DNA of 32,000 nt from an uncultured archaeon (GCA_964551375.1 CAZKBG010000001.1:630001-662000); one strand, 5' to 3'; shown: positions 1 through 8,433, counted from the first letter of the stretch. Translations and numbers: made by a program. Notes: generated by a model from the sequence alone, not told the origin.

Positions 1-397
1 AAAAAAACCGGCAGTATACAGGGCGCCTCCAACACCTTTGCCAAGCAATACTGCAAATATTATTGACGCTGAAGCGCAAGTAGAAGCACTGCAGGAAAAA
101 GCACACGACGGCGAAACAGTAGTTCCACACGTTGAAAAAAAGGACATTTCTTACAAAGACTCTGAAATCACAGGATTTGTTCCAAAACCAAGAACTGCCT
201 CGAGAAACGCGCAGGTAAGCTCGGCTCACGGAAGCATTATTAGAAACATTGCCGCAGAATCTGACAGATCTTCCCAGTTAGGCGCAACTACAAGCTGGCA
301 GGAATGCACGCACAGAAAAGAAGGTTTTGGAAGAGATTACTGCAAAGAGTACCATTCAATTTGCTACAAGGAAAAATGCAGCAGAGCAAGAAAGTAA
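1..397 (+). CDS. hypothetical protein, C-terminal fragment (ORF open at left window edge)
   Basis: The frame is open from nt 2 with no stop before the track's TTG at 38, and ends at TAA 395-397. The tail is Cys/His-rich (WQECTH..CKEYHSICYKEKC). No family recognised. Confidence 0.3.
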   Translation, partial: KKPAVYRAPPTPLPSNTANIIDAEAQVEALQEKAHDGETVVPHVEKKDISYKDSEITGFVPKPRTASRNAQVSSAHGSIIRNIAAESDRSSQLGATTSWQECTHRKEGFGRDYCKEYHSICYKEKCSRARK

Positions 398-532
398 GTT
401 TACACTAATTCAATCCTTTGCCGGACTTGCCGGCCTTTACCAAGAAAAACAATCCATAGTGATAACTGGCTAACTTAAAGAGAGGCGAAGCTAACTTACA
501 ATCTTTTAAGCTTTTTTGAACAGGATTTAGTT

Positions 533-2266
533 ATGTGTAACGAGGAAAACAACTATTATGACAAATTCTGGCACACAGCAGCGCACGTGTTTGCAAATGC
601 CCTCGTTGAACTTTACCCTAACGCAAAAATCGCAATCGGACCGCCGATTGAGCAGGGATTTCATTATGATTTTGAACTTGAAGAAAATCTTGACGCAAAA
701 GCTCTTGAAAAAATTGAAGCAAAGATGAAAGAAGTGCTGGCCAGAAAGGAAAAAATGGTCCGAGGAGAAATGACAATAGACGAAGCGCTTGAAACTTTCA
801 AAAACAATCCTTACAAAGTTGAAATGATAAAAGACCTTGCAGCCGCAGGCGAGACAAAGATTGGAACTTACACAAACGGCAAGTTCATGGACATGTGCAA
901 AGGACCGCATATTGATTCAATAGAAGAAATCGGAGCAATAAAATTACTAAAAGTGTCAGGCGCGTACTGGAAAGGAAATGACAAAAACAAAATGCTGCAA
1001 AGAGTTTACGGAATTGCATTTAAGACACAAAAAGAACTTGATGAATTCTTGGAAATGAGAAAAAAAGCCGAAGAAAATTCTCATGTTAAACTTGGAAAAG
1101 AACTTGATCTTTATTTACTAAGCGAAGTTGTGGGAAAAGGACTTCCGCTCTTTACTCCACGCGGAGCAATGATGATGCAAGTACTGCAAAGATTCATTGA
1201 AGACGAGGAAACAAAGAGAGGATACTTAAGAACACGAACTCCAGTAATGACAAAGGCGGAGCTTTACAAAATTTCAGGACACTACACGCACTTCAAAGAA
1301 AATATGTTCCAATTAGACATTGAAGGAAACGAATATTTCCTAAGGCCAATGACATGCCCCCACCAATACATGGTGTACAAAGCAAAACAATACAGCTACA
1401 GAGACATGCCAGTAAGACTTGGCGAAGTAGCGCAGTTATTTAGAAAAGAGCAGAGCGGCGAACTTCACGGAATAGTAAGAGTATGGCAGTTCACATTAAA
1501 CGATGCTCACTTAATATGCCGAGACGACCAGTTGGAAGCAGAAATAAACTCCACAATTGATTTAGTCCAGTACTGCATGAAGAAACTCGGCATCAAAGAC
1601 TACTGGTACAGATTCAGCAAATGGGACCCTAAAAACAAAGAAAAATATATTGACAACCCGGCAATGTGGGAAAAATCACAAGCAATACTAAAAACAGTTC
1701 TTGATAAATCAAAAATGAAATATGTCGAAGCTGATAACGAAGCCGCATTCTACGGACCAAAAATTGATATCCAGGCAAAAAATGTTTACGGAAAAGAAGA
1801 CACATTATTCACAGTGCAGGTAGATTACGCTGCGGCAGAGAAATTTGACATGACTTATATCGACAAAGATGGAGCTAAACAGCGCCCAGTAGTAATACAC
1901 AGAGCAGCAGTAGGATGCCTTGAAAGAACCGTGGCATTCATACTTGAACAAACAGGCGGGAACTTGCCGTTCTGGCTTGCTCCTGAACAGATAAGAATAA
2001 TCCCAGTATCTGAAAAGTTCGTTGAGGATGCTAATGAAGTAAAGAAAAAACTCATACTTGAAGGATTCAGAGCAGAAGTTGACTCAAAAGACCAGACGCT
2101 TGGAAACAAAATCAGAAACGCGCAGGGATTGAAAGTCCCAATAATGCTAGTATTTGGCGAAAAAGAAAAAACAACAAACGAATACCAAGTGAGAGAAAGA
2201 AACGGAACACAATACAAACTAAATTACACTGACTTAGTTGCGGCTCTTAAGAAGATGAGCGAATAA
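533..2266 (+). CDS. thrS: threonyl-tRNA synthetase (bacterial/eukaryal-type N2 editing domain, no TGS domain)
   Basis: 577 aa with a class II aaRS core (FRKEQSGELHG, HRAAVGCLERTVAFILE) and a C-terminal anticodon-binding domain. Editing-site motifs are HTAAH (aa 14-18) and CKGPH (aa 122-126), spaced as in E. coli ThrRS H73/H77/C182/H186. The ORF starts directly at the N2 domain. Confidence 0.93.
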   Translation: MCNEENNYYDKFWHTAAHVFANALVELYPNAKIAIGPPIEQGFHYDFELEENLDAKALEKIEAKMKEVLARKEKMVRGEMTIDEALETFKNNPYKVEMIKDLAAAGETKIGTYTNGKFMDMCKGPHIDSIEEIGAIKLLKVSGAYWKGNDKNKMLQRVYGIAFKTQKELDEFLEMRKKAEENSHVKLGKELDLYLLSEVVGKGLPLFTPRGAMMMQVLQRFIEDEETKRGYLRTRTPVMTKAELYKISGHYTHFKENMFQLDIEGNEYFLRPMTCPHQYMVYKAKQYSYRDMPVRLGEVAQLFRKEQSGELHGIVRVWQFTLNDAHLICRDDQLEAEINSTIDLVQYCMKKLGIKDYWYRFSKWDPKNKEKYIDNPAMWEKSQAILKTVLDKSKMKYVEADNEAAFYGPKIDIQAKNVYGKEDTLFTVQVDYAAAEKFDMTYIDKDGAKQRPVVIHRAAVGCLERTVAFILEQTGGNLPFWLAPEQIRIIPVSEKFVEDANEVKKKLILEGFRAEVDSKDQTLGNKIRNAQGLKVPIMLVFGEKEKTTNEYQVRERNGTQYKLNYTDLVAALKKMSE

Positions 2267-2343
2267 ACCGCTAATTAAACATCAACTTTTCCCTAATGCC
2301 ACGATTTTAAAATACTACTCGAACAATCATTAATAGGATAAAC

Positions 2344-3789
2344 ATGCCTCAAACAAATCTTCCTGATAAGGCAAAACAGCCAAGCGAATGGTACACCCAG
2401 ATAATAAAAGAAGCTGAGCTTGCGGACATTAGATACGGCGTAAAAGGATGCATAGTATTTCAAAACTGGGCAGTAGAAGCAATGGAAAAAATGTATGATT
2501 ACATGGAAGCTGATTTGAAGAAAAGAGGACACAAAAATTACTGGTTTCCAACACTTATTCCTGAAAGTTTTTTTCACAAAGAAGCAGAACATATTGAAGG
2601 ATTCACTCCTGAAGTATTCTGGGTAGAAAAAGGCGGAACTGAAAAACTTGAAGAAAGATTAGCCTTAAGGCCTACAAGTGAAACCGCATTTTACTCAATG
2701 TTTGCATTATGGATACGCTCATACAAAGATTTGCCTTACAAAACTTACCAAAGAGGAAATGTATTTAGATACGAATCAAAAGCAACAAGACCATTTTTAC
2801 GAAGCAGAGAATTTTATTGGATAGAAACGCACTGCGCATTTAGAACAGAAGAAGAAGCATTTGAAAATGTATTAGGCGACATGGAGACAACAAAAAGAGT
2901 GGTGTACGGAATATTTGGCGTTCCAACAATTGTATTTGAAAGACCTGACTGGGACAAATTCCCAGGAGCCTTGCGAACATTTGGAGCTGATGCAATCACC
3001 CCACAGGGAAGAGTAGTACAACAGCCAAGCACGCACATGATAAAACAGCACTTTGCGGAAGCGTTCGGAATAAAATATGTGGACAAGGACGAAAAAGAAA
3101 AAGTTCCCTTCACTACATGCTACGGTCCCGCAATATCAAGAATATTTGCTTCAGTAATACTAACACACGGAGACAATAACGGACTAAGATTTCCATTTGA
3201 AATTGCTCCAAAACAAGTTGTGATTATTCCAATACTTGCAGAAAAAGAGCCAAAGGTTTTAGCAAAAGCAAAAGAACTTGCAAATAAACTTGAAGAAGAA
3301 GGATACCGAGTAGAGCTTGACGACAGCGACAAAAGACCCGGAGAGAAATTCTACTTTTGGGAAATGAAAGGAGTTCCGCTTAGAATAGAAGTAGGCCCAA
3401 AGGATTTGGCTGAAAAGAAAGTAATGATGTCAAGAAGAGACACAGGCAAGAAAACTGCTGTACTTGAAAAAGATTTGCCAAAAGAAATTGCAAAACAAGG
3501 AGAAGCACTTAGCAAAAACATCAAAGAAGAAGCAAAAAAGAGCTTTGAAGGGCTGATTAAAGACGTTAAAAGCATGGCTGAAATTAAAAAAATTGTAGGA
3601 ACAGGAATTGCAAGGGCAAATTTCTGCTCAACTGAAAAAGAAGGGGAAAAGTGCGCTGAAAGTATTGAAAAAGAAGCAGGCGGAAAAGTGCGCGGAACAA
3701 GAATTGATGTTAAAGAAAAAGCGGAAGGAAACTGTGTTATCTGCGGAAAAAAAGCGCACAAAGTAGTGTATATTGCAAAAGATTACTAA
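2344..3789 (+). CDS. proS: prolyl-tRNA synthetase, archaeal/eukaryotic type
   Basis: 481 aa with class II motifs (RPTSET, FRYESK, WIETHCAF). The C-terminal Cys-containing domain (CVICGKK) ends in the characteristic terminal Tyr. Confidence 0.93.
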   Translation: MPQTNLPDKAKQPSEWYTQIIKEAELADIRYGVKGCIVFQNWAVEAMEKMYDYMEADLKKRGHKNYWFPTLIPESFFHKEAEHIEGFTPEVFWVEKGGTEKLEERLALRPTSETAFYSMFALWIRSYKDLPYKTYQRGNVFRYESKATRPFLRSREFYWIETHCAFRTEEEAFENVLGDMETTKRVVYGIFGVPTIVFERPDWDKFPGALRTFGADAITPQGRVVQQPSTHMIKQHFAEAFGIKYVDKDEKEKVPFTTCYGPAISRIFASVILTHGDNNGLRFPFEIAPKQVVIIPILAEKEPKVLAKAKELANKLEEEGYRVELDDSDKRPGEKFYFWEMKGVPLRIEVGPKDLAEKKVMMSRRDTGKKTAVLEKDLPKEIAKQGEALSKNIKEEAKKSFEGLIKDVKSMAEIKKIVGTGIARANFCSTEKEGEKCAESIEKEAGGKVRGTRIDVKEKAEGNCVICGKKAHKVVYIAKDY

Positions 3790-3847
3790 TTCTACAAGCA
3801 GGCTAAAATCGCAACTAAATAAAAAAATAAACACTAATCGGCAAGGC

Positions 3848-3855
3848 TTAAATAA
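3848..3855 (+). promoter_or_regulatory. TATA-like box about 25 nt upstream of the ATPase ATG (implies a leaderless mRNA)
   Basis: TTAAATAA lies about 25 nt upstream of ATG 3876. There is no Shine-Dalgarno sequence, and the start context is TTTTAGCATG. Confidence 0.35.
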
Positions 3856-3875
3856 TCCAAAACCATATTTTTAGC

Positions 3876-5588
3876 ATGGCAACTGATTATCTTGACGACT
3901 TAATCGGCGCAGTAAAACAAGGGGCGCAGGAAGAGCAAAAAAAAGGACAAAAACCGCAGACTCCCGCGCAGATAATCCAAAACGAGCAAAATCAGGACAA
4001 AACTCCTGAAGAAAGAGAAGAAGCGCTCGCAAAAAGCATTACTCAAAAAGAAATGAAAAACTTGAACCAGGATGTTGAAGCCGGAGATCCGAGCGAAAAA
4101 ACAAGCATTGAAAAAGAACTTGACATGCAGCAAAAAACCGAAGTAAAAAGCTATGGAAAAGTAAAAATCTATAAAATCCCCGGAAAACCTCTTGCATATT
4201 ATTTTGTTCCCACAACAAGACCCACTGCTGTTGAGCGAAAAATGATAAACACGCTCAAAGAAGCGACAACAAGACTGATCAGCATCGCGCCTTACAAAAT
4301 CAGAAACGCGGATGAAAGGAGAATTGTTTACAAACAAAAAGTAATTGAAATAATAAAAAGCAACACCACTCTAAAAATCCCAGAAAGCAAAATAAACTTC
4401 TACGCCGACGCGGTTGTAAGGGAAATGGTGGGGTATGGAATAATTGATGACTTAATCAAAGATGACTTTCTTGAAGAAATCATGATAGTCGGCCCAAAAA
4501 AACCTGTTTATGTATTCCACAGAGAATACGAAATGATGCTGACTAATATCGAATTTTTTTCAGAACAAGAAGTTGAAGACCTGATAAATAAAATTGCCCG
4601 CGAAGTAGGAAGAAGAGTAGATGTATCATCCCCGCTGCTTGATGCAAGACTTGGAGACGGGAGCCGTGTTAACGCAACAATTCCGCCCGCAAGTATTAGC
4701 GGAGGAACTGTAACTATTAGAAAATTCCGTCAGGATCCTTTTTCAATAATTGATTTAATAAGAATGGGAACACTCTCAAGCGAAGCGGCTGCGTTCTTGT
4801 GGCTCGCAGTTGAAGGAATGGGAACAAAACCTGCAAACATCCTAATCGCAGGAGGAACAGGCTCGGGAAAAACAACGCTGCTAAATGTACTGGCGTCATT
4901 TGTTCCTGACAGAGAGAGAGTAATCACAATCGAAGACACAGCTGAATTAAGTTTGCCTATAAAACACTGGATAAGACTTGAGTCAAAACCCCCAGGACTT
5001 GAAGGAACAGGGGAACTGAAAATGGATATACTCACAAAAAACTCTTTGAGAATGAGGCCTGATCGAATAATAGTTGGAGAAATCAGACATGAAGAAGCAT
5101 TCACACTTTTTACTGCAATGAACACAGGACACGACGGATGCTTGGGAACCGTGCACGCAAACAGCCCTGATGAAACGCTAATAAGATTAACAAGCCCGCC
5201 AATGAATGTTCCAAGCATTATGATGAGCGGACTTGACATGATGATAATTGAACACAGATATTATGACAGAAAAAAAGGAACGATGAGAAGAGTAAGCGAA
5301 ATCGCGGAAGTATACGGCGCGCTAAGCGGAAACCCAAAAACACAAATAATTTACCAAAGAGACCCTGCAAAAGATGTTCTTGAAAGAACGCTTGTTGACA
5401 GCGCATACCTTAAAATTATCCAAAATTTTACAGGAACATCAAAAGAAAAGATAAATGCAGAAGTGCAATCGCGAAAAATCTTCCTTGACACCCTTGTGCA
5501 AAAGAATATAAGGAACTTAAACGAAGTATCTGAGAAGGCAAAGGACTTTTTGATACAAAGAAACATTGGTGGAACTAATGACATATGA
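3876..5588 (+). CDS. type IV pilus assembly ATPase (FlaI/VirB11/GspE superfamily)
   Basis: Walker A GGTGSGKTTLLN, Asp/Walker B region RPDRIIVGEIR, His box GHDGCLGTVHAN, and the family-typical LLDARLGDGSRVNA. The N-terminal ~100 aa are Q/E/K-rich low complexity. Confidence 0.9.
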   Translation: MATDYLDDLIGAVKQGAQEEQKKGQKPQTPAQIIQNEQNQDKTPEEREEALAKSITQKEMKNLNQDVEAGDPSEKTSIEKELDMQQKTEVKSYGKVKIYKIPGKPLAYYFVPTTRPTAVERKMINTLKEATTRLISIAPYKIRNADERRIVYKQKVIEIIKSNTTLKIPESKINFYADAVVREMVGYGIIDDLIKDDFLEEIMIVGPKKPVYVFHREYEMMLTNIEFFSEQEVEDLINKIAREVGRRVDVSSPLLDARLGDGSRVNATIPPASISGGTVTIRKFRQDPFSIIDLIRMGTLSSEAAAFLWLAVEGMGTKPANILIAGGTGSGKTTLLNVLASFVPDRERVITIEDTAELSLPIKHWIRLESKPPGLEGTGELKMDILTKNSLRMRPDRIIVGEIRHEEAFTLFTAMNTGHDGCLGTVHANSPDETLIRLTSPPMNVPSIMMSGLDMMIIEHRYYDRKKGTMRRVSEIAEVYGALSGNPKTQIIYQRDPAKDVLERTLVDSAYLKIIQNFTGTSKEKINAEVQSRKIFLDTLVQKNIRNLNEVSEKAKDFLIQRNIGGTNDI

Positions 5589-6687
5589 TTCAAGCGCAAA
5601 CCACGAAGAAGTAGACCAAATACTTGAAACAATGAAGAAAAAGTACCGAAAGGAAGGAATGCAATTTGAAGAAGTATCAGGCGGATTAAAAGAACTAAGA
5701 GGAATAATTGCAGAAGACACTTACGCAAAAGAAGATATTGAAACAAAAGACGATCTTGACGCATTTAACTCAAATCTTGCAACACAACTTGGAACATTTT
5801 ACTTAAAACTAAAAAACTTTCTAAAACCGGTACAGGAAATGCTCAAAAAACTTCCATTCACCGAAGAAATCGGATACTATTTGTACTCGGCAAATATGCC
5901 TTACTCTTCAAACCAGTACCTTGCGCTGACAAGCGCAGCAGGACTTGTTGGAGCCCTTGTTGGATTAATAATTGGATTATTTGTTGGAGCGCTGCTTGCC
6001 GCAACAACACAAAACATAGCGCTTGGAGCAATTATACCCCCAGTTACTGCACTAGTGCTTGGAGTAGGAGCAACATTTGTAATGCTAATGATACCAAAAC
6101 AAACTGCGGTGTCAAGAGGAAATGCATGCTCTGTTGAGCTTCCATTTGCGCTAAGACACATGGCAACTGAACTAAAAGCAGGAATAGGACTTTACAAAAC
6201 AATACAAGCAATAACCGCAGCTGATTACGGCGTGCTAAGCGAAGAATTCGCAAGAACTATTACAGAAATTGAAGAAGGAACTGACACAAGCGTTGCGCTA
6301 AAACACTTAGCTCTAAGAACACAAAGCAAACCGCTTCGCTCAGCAATAAACCATATGCTAAGAGCAATGAGAGTGGGAGGAAATTTATCAGCAATCATGA
6401 GCGAAATTGCGGAAGACGTTTCAGAAGACTTAAAAAACAGAATCAACGCATTCGCACAGCAGATGAACTTCTTTGCAGTAGTATTTATTTTCCTATGCAT
6501 CGTACTCCCTGTTGCAATTATGATACTTGGCGCAATAAGAAACTCTCCAATAGGCTCAAGCGCGGGAGAATTATTCAAAGCAGTGCCGCTTGACCCAACA
6601 GTAATGACACTATTCTTTGTAGTAGCAATGCCAATAGTTTTTATTGTAATGAATTTAATTGTGTACATGGCACAGCCAAAGATGTGA
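5578..6687 (+). CDS. pilus platform membrane protein with a single T2SSF domain (TadB/TadC/FlaJ-like)
   Basis: One cytoplasmic T2SSF-like domain (LPFALRHMATELKAGIGLYKTIQAI...VGGNLSAIMSEIAED) is flanked by TM helices. ATG 5578 is preferred over the track's TTG 5566 and overlaps the ATPase 3' end by 11 nt. Confidence 0.8.
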   Translation: MTYDSSANHEEVDQILETMKKKYRKEGMQFEEVSGGLKELRGIIAEDTYAKEDIETKDDLDAFNSNLATQLGTFYLKLKNFLKPVQEMLKKLPFTEEIGYYLYSANMPYSSNQYLALTSAAGLVGALVGLIIGLFVGALLAATTQNIALGAIIPPVTALVLGVGATFVMLMIPKQTAVSRGNACSVELPFALRHMATELKAGIGLYKTIQAITAADYGVLSEEFARTITEIEEGTDTSVALKHLALRTQSKPLRSAINHMLRAMRVGGNLSAIMSEIAEDVSEDLKNRINAFAQQMNFFAVVFIFLCIVLPVAIMILGAIRNSPIGSSAGELFKAVPLDPTVMTLFFVVAMPIVFIVMNLIVYMAQPKM

Positions 6688-6691
6688 TTAG

Positions 6692-7612
6692 ATGGAACTG
6701 ACAAAATTTTACGAAACCTACGCGGATTGGATGGAGTTTTCCAAAATCAAATACCCTCCGACAGTATGGATAGCAATGGCGCTTGTAATAACAGCAGTAG
6801 TAGGATTTGTAAGCTTCATACTCAGCGCGCTAATCATAAGAGAAGTAACACTTCTACCCGTAGCATTTGCAATTTCAGCGCTGGTGCTTGTACTGGGATA
6901 CCCATACATGCGAAAAGAAGCAATTATTGACTCAATTGAAAAAAACTTCAGCGACGCGCTAAAGCAAATGGCTGACACACTAAAAGCAGGAGACACTTAC
7001 GAAAGCGCACTAAGGGAAGTTGCAGAAGCGGATTATGGAAGATTATCGGAAGAAATGCAACTGGCGCTAAGAAGACTTGAAGACGGAGAAAACCTTGACA
7101 GCGCACTAAGCGGATTTGCGGAAAGAATTGATTCCACTACTATAAAAAGAACAATCACAATCGTGCTTGACTCAATAAAAACAGGAGCAAGCCTTGCGGA
7201 CATACTTGATGATATCGCTGATGATGTAAGAGACTTCCAGAGACTAAAAGAAGAAAGAAAATCAAACACAACAATGCAATTCATGTTCATGATAGCATCA
7301 GGCGGAATAATTGCTCCAATCATTTTCGGGGAAATAAACGCGGTTGTAGGCGGATTCTCAAACATAGGCTCACAGACACTTGACCCAAGCCAAATAGCAG
7401 CAGCGGCTTCAACAAACGGGCTAATACTCACACTAATACAGACTTATATCATAATTGAAGTTTTAGGAAGCGGAGCAATGATGTCATTCATCAGAGACGG
7501 AAAACTTAACAAAAGCATTATATACATCCCAATCCTTTTATTAATGGCATTCGTGGTATATTACATATCAATGACATTTATCAAAGGAATGCTTGCAGGT
7601 GCCAGCGCATGA
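6692..7612 (+). CDS. pilus platform membrane protein with a single T2SSF domain (second paralog)
   Basis: N-terminal TM pair, a T2SSF-like domain (FSDALKQMADTLKAGDTYESALREVA...TGASLADILDDIADD), then C-terminal TMs. It starts 4 nt after the previous gene. Confidence 0.8.
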   Translation: MELTKFYETYADWMEFSKIKYPPTVWIAMALVITAVVGFVSFILSALIIREVTLLPVAFAISALVLVLGYPYMRKEAIIDSIEKNFSDALKQMADTLKAGDTYESALREVAEADYGRLSEEMQLALRRLEDGENLDSALSGFAERIDSTTIKRTITIVLDSIKTGASLADILDDIADDVRDFQRLKEERKSNTTMQFMFMIASGGIIAPIIFGEINAVVGGFSNIGSQTLDPSQIAAAASTNGLILTLIQTYIIIEVLGSGAMMSFIRDGKLNKSIIYIPILLLMAFVVYYISMTFIKGMLAGASA

Positions 7613-7755
7613 TGGAAGAAAGAGCCCAAGTACAAATGGAAATGATGCTAATACTAGCAGGAGTAATCGTTGTAGTGACAGTTGTTACGCTATTTATCAA
7701 AACTACTGCAAACACAGTAGGCGGAACAGCACAAGATGCCGCAAAAAAGCCATAA
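7609..7755 (+). CDS. minimal pilin-like protein with class III signal peptide (48 aa)
   Basis: Below the track cutoff and read by eye. ATG 7609 overlaps the upstream stop (ATGA). MMEERAQ|VQMEMMLILAGVIVVVTVVTLFI has a short charged leader, Q at +1, E at +5 and a hydrophobic helix. Stop is TAA 7753-7755. Confidence 0.55.
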   Translation: MMEERAQVQMEMMLILAGVIVVVTVVTLFIKTTANTVGGTAQDAAKKP

Positions 7756-7788
7756 ATTAAGTTTACAACTCAAAAGGGAGGTATGAAA

Positions 7789-7968
7789 ATGGAAGAAAAA
7801 GCACAAGGAGCTATTGAATACCTATTAATCATAGGAGCCGCAATCCTAGTAGTAGCAATCGTAATAATAGCAGTAACAGGAGCACTAGGACAAGGAACAA
7901 AACAAGGCGGAGATGCAAACAAAGTACAAGTAGATGCATATAACGACCTAAACTCAATGATTAAGTAA
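7789..7968 (+). CDS. short pilin with class III signal peptide (DUF361-like, Q+1/E+5); candidate major pilin
   Basis: The track ORF is 7783-7968. ATG 7789 is preferred because SD GGGAGGT (7776-7782) sits at 6-nt spacing. Sequence MEEKAQ|GAIEYLLIIGAAILVVAIVIIAV, followed by a hairpin plus T-tract. Confidence 0.75.
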   Translation: MEEKAQGAIEYLLIIGAAILVVAIVIIAVTGALGQGTKQGGDANKVQVDAYNDLNSMIK

Positions 7969-7987
7969 ATCAGCAAATTGTAATTAA

Positions 7988-8023
7988 AGGAAAAGGCAAC
8001 TGCCTTTTCCTAATTCTATTTTT
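7988..8023 (+). terminator. hairpin plus T-tract after the first QGAIEYLL pilin gene
   Basis: AGGAAAAGGCA-ac-TGCCTTTTCCT inverted repeat (7988-8011) followed by AATTCTATTTTT. Confidence 0.4.
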
Positions 8024-8125
8024 AGTCAATCTAAAGCAAGCATAGTTTGCCAAGCAAAAACTAAACCTTTAAATATCACAAAAAACATGCTATTCAATAT
8101 TCTTAACTAAAAAGGAGGTTATGAA

Positions 8126-8413
8126 ATGAACTATAAAGGACAGGGTGCAATTGAATACCTGCTAATTATCGGCGCAGCAATACTTGTTGTAGCAATCGTA
8201 ATAATAGCAGTAACAGGAGCACTAGGACAAGGAACTACACAGGGCGGACAAGCACAAAAAGATCAGAACGTACAAAACAACAAGCTTGCATGCATGGCAG
8301 ACTGCAACGTAGCAGGACCATGTTACACAGCATCAGCAAATGCAGGATGCGCAATCCTACAACCAACAAGATGCGTACCACAAGCAACAACAGGCACAGC
8401 AATGTGTAAATAA
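8126..8413 (+). CDS. pilin with class III signal peptide and a 6-Cys C-terminal module
   Basis: SD AGGAGGT (8113-8119) at 6-nt spacing. MNYKG|QGAIEYLLIIGAAILVVAIVIIAVTGALGQGT is identical to the upstream paralog over the helix. Cys at aa 56, 60, 66, 75, 83 and 94. Confidence 0.8.
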   Translation: MNYKGQGAIEYLLIIGAAILVVAIVIIAVTGALGQGTTQGGQAQKDQNVQNNKLACMADCNVAGPCYTASANAGCAILQPTRCVPQATTGTAMCK

Positions 8414-8433
8414 TAAATAAAACCTCTTTTTTA

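Noticed and set aside
420-434. Small GC hairpin GCCGG-acttg-CCGGC, plus a 9-nt direct repeat (gctaactta, twice) in the 135-nt gap before thrS. I considered a possible terminator, ncRNA or C/D-box sRNA.
   Set aside because: The stem is only 5 bp, there is no convincing T-tract and no C/D box consensus (no TGATGA...CTGA pair). This is too weak to call.
3876-4200. Q/E/K-rich ~100-aa N-terminal extension of the pilus ATPase, considered as a possible separate gene or mis-annotated start.
   Set aside because: The single open frame runs from an ATG with leaderless-type promoter geometry. Internal Met codons lack better signals. The extension is most simply a disordered N-terminal tail, and nothing in the sequence supports a separate function.
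5566-5577. Alternative upstream non-ATG starts proposed by the track: TTG 5566, TTG 10682, TTG 25199 and TTG 28809.
   Set aside because: In-frame ATGs just downstream (5578, 10685, 25229, 28776) give N-termini that match family expectations or have better SD spacing. The extensions would overlap upstream genes more heavily. The TTG start of ef1b (25885) was kept because its N-terminus aligns with known aEF-1beta and it has an SD.
6727-6930. Plus-strand 67-aa ORF inside the second platform gene in another frame. Similar same-strand out-of-frame ORFs occur at 28065-28307 (rad50 3' end) and 19085-19315 (elp3 3' end).
   Set aside because: All are out of frame with strongly supported genes. They have no start signals, no motifs and atypical composition.
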